From: Azolla caroliniana | Lineage: Eukaryota; Plantae; Polypodiophyta | Assembly: GCA_043228905.1 (NCBI GenBank) | Contig: JBHGNT010000006.1 | Location: 4,216,001-4,280,000 of the forward strand | DNA: 64,000 nucleotides | Direction: 5' to 3' | Shown here: in pieces, positions 63,561-64,000 of the stretch | How positions within the stretch are numbered: the first letter of the stretch is position 1 | Layout: each line of letters opens with the position of its first letter | Translations under genes and position numbers: made by a program | The notes under the pieces: model-generated | Databases searched by the model: none | Told to the model about the DNA's origin: nothing | The model's input: the letters and a program-made list of their open reading frames with translations, nothing else

Positions 63561-63901
63561 CGACAACAACCCATTACAATTTGCCCCCCTCCCCCCCCCC
63601 CCCCCCCTTTATATAGTGATGGGAGAGACTCAATATCTCCTACTACATGCAAACATGATGTTTTTTCCCTAACACGAGTGTTCATGCACACTAGATGTCT
63701 TAGCCTTTTCTATCATACTTTTTCTTTTTAACTCAAGTGTTCATGCACACTAGATGTACATGAATAACTTTCTTTATCATGCTTTTTCTCTTAACTCAAG
63801 TTTTTATGTATGAATAACTTTTCTTTCATGTTTATCTAGAATATTTACGTGGGATCAACTTTTGTATAACTAGAATCTATAACTTTATACTCATAATGTG
63901 T

Positions 63902-63958
63902 TAGTATAATAGTAAGGCTTGGAATTGTTAACATGGAGGTATTGGGTTCAAATCTTGC
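63902..63958 (+). other. Degenerate tRNA-like A/B-box segment (LTR- or SINE-derived)
   Basis: TAGTATAATAGTAAG ... GGTTCAAATCTTGCC, resembling the chromovirus LTR motif. Confidence 0.45.
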
Positions 63959-64000
63959 CCTATGCTTGTAACTAGGGTTTTCCTATTCTTTGCAAACTAT

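Overview
Eukaryotic plant genomic DNA, probably from a non-seed land plant such as a bryophyte. This is inferred from the retroelement types and the plant tRNA-Trp/tRNA-iMet primer sites and is not proven. Positions ~1-45.7 kb are a deeply nested transposon island. Positions ~46-60 kb carry two intact, convergent host genes: a 9-exon fatty acyl-CoA reductase (FAR/MS2-like, +) and ribosomal protein S15 (-). The last 4 kb are MITE, LINE and chromovirus remnants. The main discovery appears only after removing the nested retroelements. What remains is a decayed DNA transposon with a Sola-like DDE transposase (-), divergently transcribed from an intron-containing gene (+) that fuses a ParB-like domain to a beta-class amino (N6-adenine/N4-cytosine) DNA methyltransferase. 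A second methyltransferase paralog follows it, and an array of six 41-bp palindromes at 51-bp period lies in its first intron. Other notable signals: (1) a fungal-type Ty3 family and its non-autonomous partner, whose three insertions all made 4-bp CpG-centred TSDs; (2) a young chromovirus with a Tf1-like self-priming PBS, a tRNA-like A/B box in its LTR and a -1 frameshift pseudoknot; (3) a fully intact Copia. All calls are from manual reading. No database searches were run.
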